A stretch of 64,000 nt of DNA from Promethearchaeota archaeon (GCA_048940645.1 JBHLOI010000008.1:28926-92925), one strand, 5' to 3'; shown: positions 39,099 through 50,060, numbered from the stretch's first letter. Numbers and translations are program-made. The notes: generated by a model from the sequence alone, not told the origin.

Positions 39099-40553
39099 AT
39101 GGCATATAAGGAAAAAATCATTAATAAATTGAGAAAAGGTTATTCTCCCATAGAATTAAGCCCAAAAGATGAGCTAACCTCTATTTATAAACAAGCTTTT
39201 AAACCACTAATTGATAAAAAAAGTTTGGACATTTTTTTTGAGCTTTATGATACTAATGAAGTAATATTGAGAGCTTGGGGTTTTTTAGGCTTATATCATA
39301 TTCTGAAAGAAAATATAATTAGAGACGAAGAGAAGATATTAAAAGTTCAAAAAATAATATTGGAAGTGTTAGGCGATAAAAGAGAAATTAATTATTATGG
39401 GGGTATGACTGAAGTTCGAACATCATTAAGAGAACACCATGTAAGAAGAATTTGTGAGCTAGATACTTCTTTAATATTTGAACCTGTTTTTGAATACTGT
39501 AAATCCTTTGAAGGTGAAGTAGATGAAGTTATTGTGGATTTACTAGAAAATGTATTATCTAAGGTTTCAAATCCAGCTTTAGAATCGCTTTTTTTAAACC
39601 ATGCTAAAAATATTAGCAAAGGAGAATTCAGTATGAAAATTCATATAGTAAATGCCTTTGAGAACCTAGGCCAAATAATTGAATTAAAGGAAATAGATGT
39701 TATTACAGAATTATTTAAATTCTTTTTAAATGAGATTAAACAGAGTAAAAACAATGACCAAGAGAACCTTAATAAAAAAAAACAGCTCCATAAGGATATT
39801 CTTAGGGTTGCAGCAATCATCGATCTTGATCTTGAACAAGAAACATTGGAATTTGTAGATTCATTAAAATATCCTTATAATTCATTGAACCAAATTGCTA
39901 AGAAATATAAAACCAATAAGGAATTTAAATCAATTCTTTTAAGAAAGTTAAAAGAAAGCGACAATCCACGTTTTATTACAGATATACTAAAGGCAATCTT
40001 AGTTTTAAAAGAGAATATTGAAAATTGGAAAGATTTAGTAATTGAACAAGTAAAAAAGTACCAATTAACCGACGGAGCCCTCATTACTGAAATGCAAGAA
40101 TCCAATCTTATAAACGTAGATATGATCTTAAGTTTTTTAAGCAAAGGGGAAAATTGGTATTTGGATTTTATCCGAGAATATCTTATATACCATCCTGAAG
40201 TTCTGGATGAATGGCAGGGGTTAAGAGATGAATTTATAAGAGTTTTAGAATTATTTGATTTTCCAGAACAAAGTTCCGATAATTATCAAATTATTAAAGA
40301 TAAAAAAGAGTTAATCTTAAAGCTTATTATTGATTTAAAAAGAGAGGATTTAGTCAAATATTGTCTTGAAAACTTTAAAAATTTAGATGATGAAAAGTTG
40401 AAAAAATTGGCACTTTTTCCAATCCTTAAATTCGGAGAAGAGAGTCTATTAGTTAAACTAAAAGAATTAATGAAGAATAACGAGGAAACTGCGAAGTTTG
40501 TGAGAAGATTTTGGAGCAGATTAGAACGAAATGATTGGAGATTTTTTTATTAA
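39099..40553 (+). CDS. hypothetical all-alpha (solenoid-like) protein
   Basis: long helical ORF, no recognised motif. Confidence 0.7.
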   Translation: MAYKEKIINKLRKGYSPIELSPKDELTSIYKQAFKPLIDKKSLDIFFELYDTNEVILRAWGFLGLYHILKENIIRDEEKILKVQKIILEVLGDKREINYYGGMTEVRTSLREHHVRRICELDTSLIFEPVFEYCKSFEGEVDEVIVDLLENVLSKVSNPALESLFLNHAKNISKGEFSMKIHIVNAFENLGQIIELKEIDVITELFKFFLNEIKQSKNNDQENLNKKKQLHKDILRVAAIIDLDLEQETLEFVDSLKYPYNSLNQIAKKYKTNKEFKSILLRKLKESDNPRFITDILKAILVLKENIENWKDLVIEQVKKYQLTDGALITEMQESNLINVDMILSFLSKGENWYLDFIREYLIYHPEVLDEWQGLRDEFIRVLELFDFPEQSSDNYQIIKDKKELILKLIIDLKREDLVKYCLENFKNLDDEKLKKLALFPILKFGEESLLVKLKELMKNNEETAKFVRRFWSRLERNDWRFFY

Positions 40554-40621
40554 TAGAATTCTAAATATAGAAAATCTGACTTGAAAAACTATTTATTTTT
40601 ACTTGACATTATAGTCAATGA

Positions 40622-41254
40622 ATGAAATCGAATAGTAAAAAGATAATTAAAGTTGTTTATTGTATCTCGATATTCTGGTTAGGGTTTTTTATTAGCATTT
40701 TTCCCCTAAAAACTAGTAACTTTTCTGAAATTAATTTAACACATGAATTTTCACTGTTATTGAGTTATGGGCATTATACTTATTCTTATGATGATGGTTA
40801 TTCATATAATAGTGTACAATGGTCATTTTCAAGTAAAAATGGTTCCAAAATAACAGTTTTGGCCATGGATCACTCAAATTTCCGTAAATTTGACATAAAT
40901 GATTCATCAGCAAAACTTTATATTTTGTCTGATGGAAAAAGGACAAATGATAATGGAATTTTTAATATTCCCTATGATAATTATTGGTTTATATTATTTT
41001 TCAATAATGATCCTGATTTTTCAAGCTCAGAAGTAATAATCAGTGTAGAATTTATAATCAACCCATTTTTGATTACAATTTTACCCATTATGGTAGTATC
41101 TATAGTCGTTTCGCTATATATTATAATTTCGATTTACTTTAAAAAGAAGAAGAAAGAAAATATTGCTACCTGTTTTTTCTTCTTCTTTATTATATTTCTA
41201 ATGATGTATTTATATATTTCTTCGAGTTTGAATGCTTTTATAGAGCTTTTTTAG
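40622..41254 (+). CDS. membrane protein with beta-sandwich ectodomain
   Basis: signal peptide, V.W.F.S..I.V.AMD..G.F..P...W..LF.N, two C-terminal TMs. Confidence 0.7.
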   Translation: MKSNSKKIIKVVYCISIFWLGFFISIFPLKTSNFSEINLTHEFSLLLSYGHYTYSYDDGYSYNSVQWSFSSKNGSKITVLAMDHSNFRKFDINDSSAKLYILSDGKRTNDNGIFNIPYDNYWFILFFNNDPDFSSSEVIISVEFIINPFLITILPIMVVSIVVSLYIIISIYFKKKKKENIATCFFFFFIIFLMMYLYISSSLNAFIELF

Positions 41255-41264
41255 AGAGTTTAAT

Positions 41265-42437
41265 ATGCGAATCCAAAATGGTGAAAAATTCATTGGTATA
41301 TTATTTGCTGTAATTGTTTTTTTATCTATGGGATTTTTAATCAGTTTGTTGGTTATTCCATTCTTTCATCAAGAAGTTGAAAGAACAACCTTTTCAATTT
41401 ACATAAGTGAAAACAGTGATTTTGAAAAATACAATTTTCCTGGCTCTGGAACTGAATTTGATCCATACATTATAGAGAATTATACGTATTTTGAGCATGG
41501 AATTGTTAGAATAAGGATTTATGGAGTAAATAAACATTTTGTTATAAGAAATAATCAGATTCATGCGGCAAGGGGAAGAGATGGAATATCTATTGGTTCT
41601 ATATCCGTTGAGACTACAAAAATAGTAAATAATAAAATTTATGGCTCTGCTTATGATAGAGATTACCAAATAGGTATTTATGTCTACAATATGAATGGGT
41701 GTTATATCTTTAACAATAGTGTCTATAATAAAGATATGGGTATAAGAATTCTTAGCTCATCAAATTGTGTAGTCAAAAATAACAGTTTAATCAATACTGG
41801 ACGAAATATTGAAATTATTGATTCTTCAGAGACTCAAATTGAAAATAACATTATGATTCTTGATAAAGAAAAAACGCGCTATATTTCAGCTGCGGCAGTT
41901 TATATCGATGAATCGGCAAATATTTTATTGAAAAATAACCAACTCATAAATAGCGGAATATGGTTTTCAGATTCTTCAGCTAATTCTATAGTAATCCAAA
42001 ATAATACAATTAATGATCTAGAAATAGGATTTTATAAAAACCAAACGGATTTAGTTTTTAATTCCTCAGAAATTTATGGACAGTTATTTTTGGTAAACTG
42101 CACAAATTGTTTAATCTATAATTTAACTATTAAAAATAGTAATATTGGCATAGCATTATACCAGTGTATTTATTTTAATTGTTCCGCTTGTAATTGTAGT
42201 TATAACCTTTACTCTGGTTTATATCTATCGAACTCACTTAATATCATCGTCCAAAATGGAACCTTCACAAATAATCATGTAGGCAGTAGAGTACGATATT
42301 CCAATTCTGTTGAATTCAAATCAAATCTATTTCAAAATAATTCATATGGAATTTATATGAGCAATTCAAATTGTACTTATCTCTATAATACATTTGAAAA
42401 TAATAAATTTGAAGATATCCACATATACGATTATTAA
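41265..42437 (+). CDS. NosD/CASH parallel beta-helix surface protein
   Basis: GSGTEFDPYIIEN, repeated GI.L..S.N..I.NN. Confidence 0.85.
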   Translation: MRIQNGEKFIGILFAVIVFLSMGFLISLLVIPFFHQEVERTTFSIYISENSDFEKYNFPGSGTEFDPYIIENYTYFEHGIVRIRIYGVNKHFVIRNNQIHAARGRDGISIGSISVETTKIVNNKIYGSAYDRDYQIGIYVYNMNGCYIFNNSVYNKDMGIRILSSSNCVVKNNSLINTGRNIEIIDSSETQIENNIMILDKEKTRYISAAAVYIDESANILLKNNQLINSGIWFSDSSANSIVIQNNTINDLEIGFYKNQTDLVFNSSEIYGQLFLVNCTNCLIYNLTIKNSNIGIALYQCIYFNCSACNCSYNLYSGLYLSNSLNIIVQNGTFTNNHVGSRVRYSNSVEFKSNLFQNNSYGIYMSNSNCTYLYNTFENNKFEDIHIYDY

Positions 42438-42484
42438 TTCATAATATTCAATCCTTGAATTCCATGTATCTTAAAAATTAAGTA

Positions 42485-43135
42485 TCATTTCTGATGGATA
42501 ATCACAATTTCAGGAACATCTGAAGGATAAATTACTCCTAATCGTTTCCAAAAGTCAATAAATACCCATTCATTTCCAAGGGGATATTTATCATCCATGT
42601 GAGCTTTCTTAGCTTGATAATTTATTCTATTTTCTGAACTGAATTGAAATAAGTATGGTTCGATTATTTGCTCTTCGATATCAAAATAGAAAGCAATTTT
42701 TTTCACATTGCCCTTAAATAAGTACCAATCTTCTTTTTTCTCATATTCTTCAGGGTAAGAACAAAATTGATCCACTTGATTACCGTTATAATATAGATAA
42801 TGATACCATACATCAGAATCATACACCTCAATTAAGGAAATGAGGGTTTGTAATTGAACCGATAAAAACTTGCTGATTTCTTTTTCTTCAAAATGACAAT
42901 CATTATAAATTACAATTGACCACCTATTTCGCGGTGAGTAAATACTCGTCATGGAAATTGATAGGGTGATTATATCATGCAGATCTATTCCTTTATTTTG
43001 CCTAGAAGTTCTCCATTGAGAAAATGATTTCACATCAGCAATTACATCTTTATGGATTAAATATGATTTGATTGCTGTTGCGATTTCAATTGGAGACTTA
43101 TTTTTAATTGCAGAAACAAAGAGAAATAACCCCAT
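42485..43135 (-). CDS. hypothetical protein
   Basis: DSDVW.Y.LY.NG..VD.F..YP.Y motif, terminal F..RLG..YP. Confidence 0.7.
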   Translation of the reverse strand: MGLFLFVSAIKNKSPIEIATAIKSYLIHKDVIADVKSFSQWRTSRQNKGIDLHDIITLSISMTSIYSPRNRWSIVIYNDCHFEEKEISKFLSVQLQTLISLIEVYDSDVWYHYLYYNGNQVDQFCSYPEEYEKKEDWYLFKGNVKKIAFYFDIEEQIIEPYLFQFSSENRINYQAKKAHMDDKYPLGNEWVFIDFWKRLGVIYPSDVPEIVIIHQK

Positions 43136-43172
43136 AGTACCAAGATCTATATACAATTACAATCTTATATAA

Positions 43173-43266
43173 ATTGCTTATTAATTAGGATAAAAAATTT
43201 TGAAATTCATAAATCTTAAATACAAAATCAGATCAATTTGTTTACAATGCATTATATAAGATTTTA
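43173..43266 (+). repeat. copy 1 of a ~80-95 bp direct repeat (promoter-like)
   Basis: attgcttattaattag..aaaaaatttt..ttaaatacaaaatcagatcaatttgttt.caatgca.ta.ataagatttta shared with 46226-46303. Confidence 0.8.
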
Positions 43267-43335
43267 TTATAAATAATATTTTCAAACTAATAGAAATTCA
43301 ATTGATTTGAAGATTTATGACAGATGTAAATTTTT

Positions 43336-44157
43336 TTACATATTCTCTTTAATAAAATTCCACATCAGTTCATTTACTTTTTCAGGCATTTCTATAATAA
43401 AAGCATGACCAACACTCTTGAGAATTTCTAATTTTGAGTTCGGAATTTTTTCATGCAAGAATACTTGATGGGGAGAAGGTATTATTCTATCTTTATTTGC
43501 TCCAAATATTAAAGTAGGAATTCTAATTTTATCTAAAAATTCACGTGTATCATGTGTAAACATAGCATTAGCTTGATTCATGTAATCTTGAAAGTGTGTA
43601 GGATCCTTCATCGGAGTAATACAAAGTGTATCTTCTTTAATAGAATCAAATAGCTTTTGATCGCTTTTTAATTTTCTAATAAAAGCTCTTGAATATGTAA
43701 AAGGTAGTAAAGCTTCAACTCGTTCTTCTAAATCCAATTCTTTTATTAGCTTAAAACTCTCAAGTAAAGGTCCAGGATGATAATAAGCTGACGTAGCACA
43801 AAGAATTAGAGTTTTTGTTATCTCTGGATATTTTAATACAAAATTTTGAACGATCATTCCTCCCAAACTAATACCACATAAATGAATTTTATCTTGAATA
43901 TTTAAATGATCTAAAAGAGCTTTAATATCTTCTACGAACATATCCATTGTATAATGATAATTTGGTCGTGAGCTTTTTCCTACTCCACGATTATCTAATG
44001 CAATAACTTTCATCTTTTTTTCAAAATAGGAGATTTGAAAATTCCAGCCTTGATACTTTGTACCAAATCCATGTACAAGTACTAAAGGTTTACCTTTTCC
44101 TTTCATTATATAATTAATTTCAACATCATTGTGTTTGAATATTGGTATTCTCATCAC
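43336..44157 (-). CDS. alpha/beta hydrolase
   Basis: LVHGFG, DNRGVGKS, GISLGG, D, GH. Confidence 0.92.
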   Translation of the reverse strand: MMRIPIFKHNDVEINYIMKGKGKPLVLVHGFGTKYQGWNFQISYFEKKMKVIALDNRGVGKSSRPNYHYTMDMFVEDIKALLDHLNIQDKIHLCGISLGGMIVQNFVLKYPEITKTLILCATSAYYHPGPLLESFKLIKELDLEERVEALLPFTYSRAFIRKLKSDQKLFDSIKEDTLCITPMKDPTHFQDYMNQANAMFTHDTREFLDKIRIPTLIFGANKDRIIPSPHQVFLHEKIPNSKLEILKSVGHAFIIEMPEKVNELMWNFIKENM

Positions 44158-44342
44158 CCATTTAGATTTCTAATAAATTAATAAATACGAATATTTCATC
44201 TGTTATAAAGTTATCCCTTTAGTTGTTTCCCCAATTTCATGCAATTCAATGGAGCTCTAGCCTCAATATTCTTCGCATTACCATTTTGGATCTGAGAAAA
44301 TTATATAATGGACGAGAATTATTTTTAGATGAATTTTAAATC

Positions 44343-45446
44343 TTAATTTATTTTTATAGGATAATGCCCATATTTCTCAATCGCTTTTGGAATTGCTAAG
44401 ATATTGGGAATGGGGACTCCCCATGGTAAGCTACAAACAGGGCAACAAATATATCTACCCCCCGGAGCCAAGTTTAAGATATTTTCTTTTACCTTTTTTT
44501 CTACATCAGAAGGATTTCCTGTAAGCATTTCTCGACTTACGTCAATATTAGCACCTATAATTGCAATTTTTGGAAATTTCTTTTTAAAATCAATCCAATA
44601 TCCAATATCTAGCGGATGACTACCATTAACCGCAATAAAATCAATTTCCTTTACGACTTCCGTAAAATATGGCGAAGTTCCACAATTATGAAGCATAAAA
44701 GGAACTTTTATTTTATTCATCATCCTTTTTATAAACTGTCCTTCATAACGCATAGAGTCTTGAAAACTCATCATATGATGGTTAAATGAGTATCCTGCAA
44801 TAAAAACATTGGGAGGCATACCAACAATTTCAAGCCAATTCTCATAAATATCCATCTGGGATTCATAAATTTTTTCACACAGTTTTAATAACAAATCCGG
44901 ATTTCGGCGTATATCCTTATAAGCTTCTATACCACGCAACTCCTGCACAACAGACCAAATGCTTAAACTGATTACTTGTGGAAATTTAGTTTTTTCATTA
45001 ATCATTTTTGCAGCTAATAGGGAAGTTTTCCATAGATCATTCTTACCATGATTTGGAATTTCCAACTTTTCAATATCTTCTTCAGATTTACATATCTCTC
45101 CTTGTTTACACATTAAGGGTTGATAATCAAACCATTTAATTGCATCTAATTTATTGTTGGCTTCTGCAAATGCTAATGCTTCACTTGGTCCTGCGTAGGC
45201 ACTTGGAACGTTTATAGAATCGGCATTTAGAAACTCAAAAGTGGTTATAATAGCATTAGCATAAATCTTTGGGGAACTGTATAATTCTTTCACTGTTTTT
45301 CCGGTTACACGACAAATCATTTGTTCTCCAGCGAATGCAAGAAACGGAACTTTATCAACTCTTTTTGATCCTGATATAGTCCTAAATATTCTATCTACAG
45401 AAGCCACCCAGTCTTTAGCCAATTTATTTACACCTCTTTGATTCAA
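44343..45446 (-). CDS. MtaA/URO-D family corrinoid-dependent methyltransferase
   Basis: Zn ligands LHNCG and CSLP; overlaps the adjacent corrinoid protein gene. Confidence 0.85.
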   Translation of the reverse strand: MNQRGVNKLAKDWVASVDRIFRTISGSKRVDKVPFLAFAGEQMICRVTGKTVKELYSSPKIYANAIITTFEFLNADSINVPSAYAGPSEALAFAEANNKLDAIKWFDYQPLMCKQGEICKSEEDIEKLEIPNHGKNDLWKTSLLAAKMINEKTKFPQVISLSIWSVVQELRGIEAYKDIRRNPDLLLKLCEKIYESQMDIYENWLEIVGMPPNVFIAGYSFNHHMMSFQDSMRYEGQFIKRMMNKIKVPFMLHNCGTSPYFTEVVKEIDFIAVNGSHPLDIGYWIDFKKKFPKIAIIGANIDVSREMLTGNPSDVEKKVKENILNLAPGGRYICCPVCSLPWGVPIPNILAIPKAIEKYGHYPIKIN

Positions 45447-46078
45447 ATTAAATTATTTATTTTTTTGACTCCTTCCCAGCCATCTTTAGCAAAATCATCT
45501 GCTCCAATCATTTCACACGATTCTTTCGATAAAATTCCACCACCAACGATTATTCGAGATGTTATATTCTCATTCTTAAGTAATTTGACTGTTTCTATCA
45601 TTTTAGAGATACTCATTGTCATTAATCCACTTAAACCTATCAGAATGGGATTTATTTCTTTTGCTTTTCGAAGAAACTCTTCCGGTGGTACATCAGATCC
45701 TAAATCAATAACATTATAACCTTGCCCTTTTAATAGAGAGATTACCAGAGTTTTGCCTATGTCATGGATATCTCCTTCTACTGTTCCAATTAATATAGTG
45801 CCTTTTGATTCTATTTCAGATTTTTCATTTAATGAATTCTTTATTATTTCAGTAGCAGCGACAATGGCATCGCCAGTCATCAGCAAGTCAGGAAGGAAAT
45901 ATTCATCATTTTCGTATAAATTCCCAGCTTCTTCAGCACCTTTAAGAATTGCTTTATTAAAAATCTCTTTGACTGGTATTCCCGTATTAATAGATTTATT
46001 TACCCAATCAATTGCTTTAAGTGAATCTCCTTCCAAAATTGCTTTTTTTAATTTTTCTAACGATTCTTCTTCAGTCAT
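45443..46078 (-). CDS. methyltransferase cognate corrinoid protein (MtbC-like)
   Basis: EYFLPDL, GTVEGDIHDIGK, DLGSDV, SGLMT, VGGG. Confidence 0.93.
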   Translation of the reverse strand: MTEEESLEKLKKAILEGDSLKAIDWVNKSINTGIPVKEIFNKAILKGAEEAGNLYENDEYFLPDLLMTGDAIVAATEIIKNSLNEKSEIESKGTILIGTVEGDIHDIGKTLVISLLKGQGYNVIDLGSDVPPEEFLRKAKEINPILIGLSGLMTMSISKMIETVKLLKNENITSRIIVGGGILSKESCEMIGADDFAKDGWEGVKKINNLI

Positions 46079-46225
46079 AATTAATATAATATTAGTTCAA
46101 TCGTTTAGTTTAAAAATATTATGTTCTGTCATAAGTGGTATCAGAGAAATGGAATTTACTTTACAAGTACTGATTTTTTAACAGTTACAAATTTTATTAA
46201 TGAGTCATAAAGCCTTACTAATGAG

Positions 46226-46303
46226 ATTGCTTATTAATTAGAACAAAAAATTTTAAATACAAAATCAGATCAATTTGTTTGCAATGCAATAAATAAGATT
46301 TTA
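46226..46303 (+). repeat. copy 2 of the direct repeat, immediately upstream of a beta-helix gene
   Basis: near-identical to 43173-43266 apart from an internal indel. Confidence 0.8.
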
Positions 46304-46308
46304 ATGAA

Positions 46309-47385
46309 ATGAGAATGAAATCAAATCGAAAAATAAAAACACTAATTTTAGGAATCCTCTTCTTTGTCTTACCTATTTTTATGACTAATCTTTATTTTAA
46401 AAATGCAGAATTTAGCAATGAGATAAGATTAGATAATGATAATTTGAAAATCTCAAAGCTATCAGGAAAAATTCATATTGATGATACAAATCCAGCTATG
46501 AATTGGACTGTTGCGAGAGATGCGGGAATATGTACTGGAAACGGCACTTACTCCGATCCTTATGTTATAGAAGATTTGATAATAAATGGCGGAGGTTCAG
46601 GAGATTGTATTTTAATCGAAAACTCGGATGTATATTTTAGGATTGAAAATTGTATGGTCTACAATTCTGAGATTTACCCTGTTGTTGAAAACTGGTGGAA
46701 TCATTTTGCAGGAATCCGATTATTGAATGTAAACAATTCTTTATTACTTGATAATGATTGTTCTTCTAACAATGATGGGATACTTGTAGTTGGTTTTAAT
46801 AACACCATTTCTGGAAATACTGCAAATAACAATATTAATGGGTCTGGGATATATGTAGGGGGCTATAATAACATATTTGAGGGAAACACTGCAAACAATA
46901 ATGATCTTACCGGGATATGGTTAGGTGGGTATAATAATACGGTTTCAGGAAATATTGCAATGAATAATAGTTTTTTTAGTATTGATATAATGTTATGGTC
47001 TAGTAATTATAACAATGTTTCGGGAAATATCGCAGGTATATATTTGCTTCAGAGTGATTATAACACTGTTTCGGGAAATAACGCAACTGGAATAGCCTTA
47101 CTTCTTAGCGATAATAACACTATTTCAGGAAATACTGGTAACTTTAGGATATATTTACAAGAGAGTGATTATAATATCGTTTCTGGGAATGATGCATGTT
47201 GGATAGAAAATGGTGATGACTGTGATGGAAATGTATTTAGCGACAATTATGGGCCTTGCCCGCCAACTGAGGGAGAACAACTTCCAATTGAACTAATTAT
47301 TCTAATTTCGGTTATTAGTGGAGGTGCAGCGATAGGGGTGGCAACCATTCTGTTAATTAGACGTAAAAGGAAAAGAAAAGAATAA
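46309..47385 (+). CDS. NosD/CASH beta-helix surface protein with C-terminal TM
   Basis: CTGNGTYSDPYVIEDL, N..SGN repeats, TM + RRKRKRKE. Confidence 0.88.
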   Translation: MRMKSNRKIKTLILGILFFVLPIFMTNLYFKNAEFSNEIRLDNDNLKISKLSGKIHIDDTNPAMNWTVARDAGICTGNGTYSDPYVIEDLIINGGGSGDCILIENSDVYFRIENCMVYNSEIYPVVENWWNHFAGIRLLNVNNSLLLDNDCSSNNDGILVVGFNNTISGNTANNNINGSGIYVGGYNNIFEGNTANNNDLTGIWLGGYNNTVSGNIAMNNSFFSIDIMLWSSNYNNVSGNIAGIYLLQSDYNTVSGNNATGIALLLSDNNTISGNTGNFRIYLQESDYNIVSGNDACWIENGDDCDGNVFSDNYGPCPPTEGEQLPIELIILISVISGGAAIGVATILLIRRKRKRKE

Positions 47386-47443
47386 TTAATAATTTCTATA
47401 TTTTTAATATAAATTTTGTAGGAAAAAGACTCATTTTTCAAGC

Positions 47444-48076
47444 TTACTTTGGTTTTCTTAACATACACCAAAGAGGTATATCGGTTTCAGGGATTATCCT
47501 ATATTCAAGAATTTCGAATCCATATTTCTGGTAAATCCTCATAGCTTTTTCTGTATTAGTTTCCACATAAATCGGTAATCCATCGCTCTCAATTGTTTTT
47601 AGCATACTAGTTATCAATAATCCCCCATATCCTTTTCCTTGTTCTTCTGGTTTAACGGCAATATTTTGAAAATACCAATGGTCACAGGGTGCAAGTTCTT
47701 TATGTCTCTCTTCCTCATACTTAAAAACTGCCATAGTTCTTTTCATTGCTTTTAGTTTTAAACCTACTTTACGCATTGTATAAAAACCACCATATCTCAT
47801 CATAGCCCAAGTAGATGGATACACCTTATTGGGGGGAAGCCATATTGTAATTCCTTCTAAGTTCATAGATGTAGCATAAGCTAGTCCATATTTTATTCCG
47901 TAGTTATAGAGCATATAAAATCCATATTGTGACTTTTCTTTTCTTTCTTTCTCATCGGGATATACAAATACCATAATAGGATCATCTTGAAAAGCATTAC
48001 CTGCCACCTTACATGCTTCTTTAGCATACCCTGGTGTTAATTTAAAAAGATTGTCTAAATTATTACTCACATTCAT
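47444..48076 (-). CDS. GNAT family N-acetyltransferase
   Basis: AF.DDP, HWY..IAV.PEEQGKGYG, IYVET, Y.KYGF. Confidence 0.9.
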   Translation of the reverse strand: MNVSNNLDNLFKLTPGYAKEACKVAGNAFQDDPIMVFVYPDEKERKEKSQYGFYMLYNYGIKYGLAYATSMNLEGITIWLPPNKVYPSTWAMMRYGGFYTMRKVGLKLKAMKRTMAVFKYEEERHKELAPCDHWYFQNIAVKPEEQGKGYGGLLITSMLKTIESDGLPIYVETNTEKAMRIYQKYGFEILEYRIIPETDIPLWCMLRKPK

Positions 48077-48246
48077 ATAAAATTTTAAAAAGGAATCTGT
48101 TATAAAAAATTTGTAGACCATTATTTATAGAGATCTTATAATTTCTTGTACTTATTTTAAAAAAGCATTATAAGTATAAATCACTATTTACCACTATAGT
48201 TAGAATTTTATTGAAGCTTTTAATAATTTCTCTGATGCTCTAAATA

Positions 48247-49983
48247 ATGAGTTTAATAATAAAGCTAGCTTATTTATTTAGTCCTTTTATTAGATTAGTC
48301 AATTTGATTAAAAGGATTGTCTCTCCCTACATTAGTCATTTTCGCGAACTAGAGCCATCTAATACAACTTTTAAACTAGGTTCATGGAATGATGATATTC
48401 TTGTCCAAACGAAGTATGGTTTAGTATCTGGTTTTTCAGATAAAGGATCTTGGTGCTGGAAGGGGATTCCCTATGCAGATCCTCCAATTGGTCCTCTTCG
48501 TTGGAAAGCACCATTTGATCCTACACCATGGATTGGGATTCGCAAAACAAGAAAGTTTGGTAATTCTGCAGCTCAATTTATGCCTTTTTTGGGTCCAATT
48601 GGTTCAGAAGATTGCCTTTATCTTAATATTTGGCGTCCCAAAACCCCAGAGAACAATTTACCAGTTTATTTGTATATTCATGGGGGCGGAAATTCAATCG
48701 GATCATCTGCGGAGGTTGGTTATTATGGTAATGCAGTCGTTGAGAGATCTAATTTATTATATATCTCAGTTAATTACCGTCTTGGACCAATGGGTTGGTT
48801 TATACATCCTGCAGTAACAAATAATGGTTCTCCTGAAGATAAAAGTGGAAATTTTGGCACCCTTGATCTGATAAAAGCCTTAGAATGGGTACGAGATAAT
48901 ATAGAAGCATTTGGAGGAGATGCTAATAATGTTACAATAGCAGGGGAATCTGGAGGTGCATTTAATGTTCTTTCACTCCTTATTTCGCCACTCGCAAAAG
49001 GACTCTTCCATCATGCTATAGTTGAAAGCGGATTATCACTCATTTCTAGTACTAACATTGCAGGGTCTCAAAGTACCGATCTTCTTATCACTCTTCTCAT
49101 TAAGGATCATAAAGCAAAGAATCAAGTAGAGGCAAAAAAAGTCATAGATAAATTGTCGGAAAAAGAGATTAATGAGTTTCTTCGTTCAAAATCTGCATTT
49201 AAAATTTCGAAATGTATACCCAAAATGGATTTTGGTATGGCTGAATGGCGCACAATCTTCACTGACGGTATAGTAATACCAAAAGAAGGGTATGAGATAT
49301 TTTCATCTGGAGATTGGGCAAATAAAGTACCAATAATTATCGGTTGCACAAAAGATGAATTGAAGCTCTTTGGCAGCTTTAGAAAAGACCCTCCCAAGAA
49401 TACAAGAAAGTATGATTTAGTTTGGGGTTATCGATCTCTACTGTGGCGCGTGAGTGGTCTTGATTCCTTAGTAACTAAAATGAATTCAAATACGAATGTA
49501 CCTATTTATGCTTACCGATTTGATTGGGGTAGCCCAGATAAAAACGGTATGAGTGTTCTGCCTAAAGCGATGGGTCGAAACTTAGGTGCTCATCATGCAG
49601 CAGAAATTCCTTTCTTTTTAGGAATGGGTAAAAGTTCTATATTCATGCTGATCGGAAAAACGCACACTAAGCGTAATCGATTTGGTCGGGAAAAATTGAC
49701 AGACTTATCCATGAATTATCTTGCCAATTTTGCACGAACCGGAAATCCAAACGGAGAAGGTTTACCTAATTGGTATTCTTGGAGTAATATTAAAGGAAAA
49801 GATAAAATTCTTGTTCTTGATGCTGATCTTGATGATTTAAGGATTTTCTATTTAAATGATATACTTACTGTGAAGAGCGTTATTGACCTCATTAATAATG
49901 AACTTAGAGAACCTGAATTAGGAACAATCCTCTCCTATCTCGATGAGTTGATACCATTTGGTGTAAAAGAATCTGAATCATAA
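48247..49983 (+). CDS. type-B carboxylesterase
   Basis: KGIPYA.PP.G.LRW, SEDCLYLNIW, HGGG, GESGG, GAHHAAEI. Confidence 0.95.
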   Translation: MSLIIKLAYLFSPFIRLVNLIKRIVSPYISHFRELEPSNTTFKLGSWNDDILVQTKYGLVSGFSDKGSWCWKGIPYADPPIGPLRWKAPFDPTPWIGIRKTRKFGNSAAQFMPFLGPIGSEDCLYLNIWRPKTPENNLPVYLYIHGGGNSIGSSAEVGYYGNAVVERSNLLYISVNYRLGPMGWFIHPAVTNNGSPEDKSGNFGTLDLIKALEWVRDNIEAFGGDANNVTIAGESGGAFNVLSLLISPLAKGLFHHAIVESGLSLISSTNIAGSQSTDLLITLLIKDHKAKNQVEAKKVIDKLSEKEINEFLRSKSAFKISKCIPKMDFGMAEWRTIFTDGIVIPKEGYEIFSSGDWANKVPIIIGCTKDELKLFGSFRKDPPKNTRKYDLVWGYRSLLWRVSGLDSLVTKMNSNTNVPIYAYRFDWGSPDKNGMSVLPKAMGRNLGAHHAAEIPFFLGMGKSSIFMLIGKTHTKRNRFGREKLTDLSMNYLANFARTGNPNGEGLPNWYSWSNIKGKDKILVLDADLDDLRIFYLNDILTVKSVIDLINNELREPELGTILSYLDELIPFGVKESES

Positions 49984-50008
49984 AAAAATTTATGGTTCTA
50001 AAACCTAA

Positions 50009-50042
50009 TTTTCATTGAAACCAGACTCTGGATTTACCTTTC
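50009..50042 (+). repeat. dispersed hairpin repeat, copy A
   Basis: ttttcattgaaaccagactctggatttacctttc. Confidence 0.85.
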
Positions 50043-50060
50043 AATATATTTGAGTAGAGT

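Noticed and set aside
45438-46181. Plus-strand ORFs of 93 and 142 aa
   Set aside because: Antisense shadows of the corrinoid protein gene.
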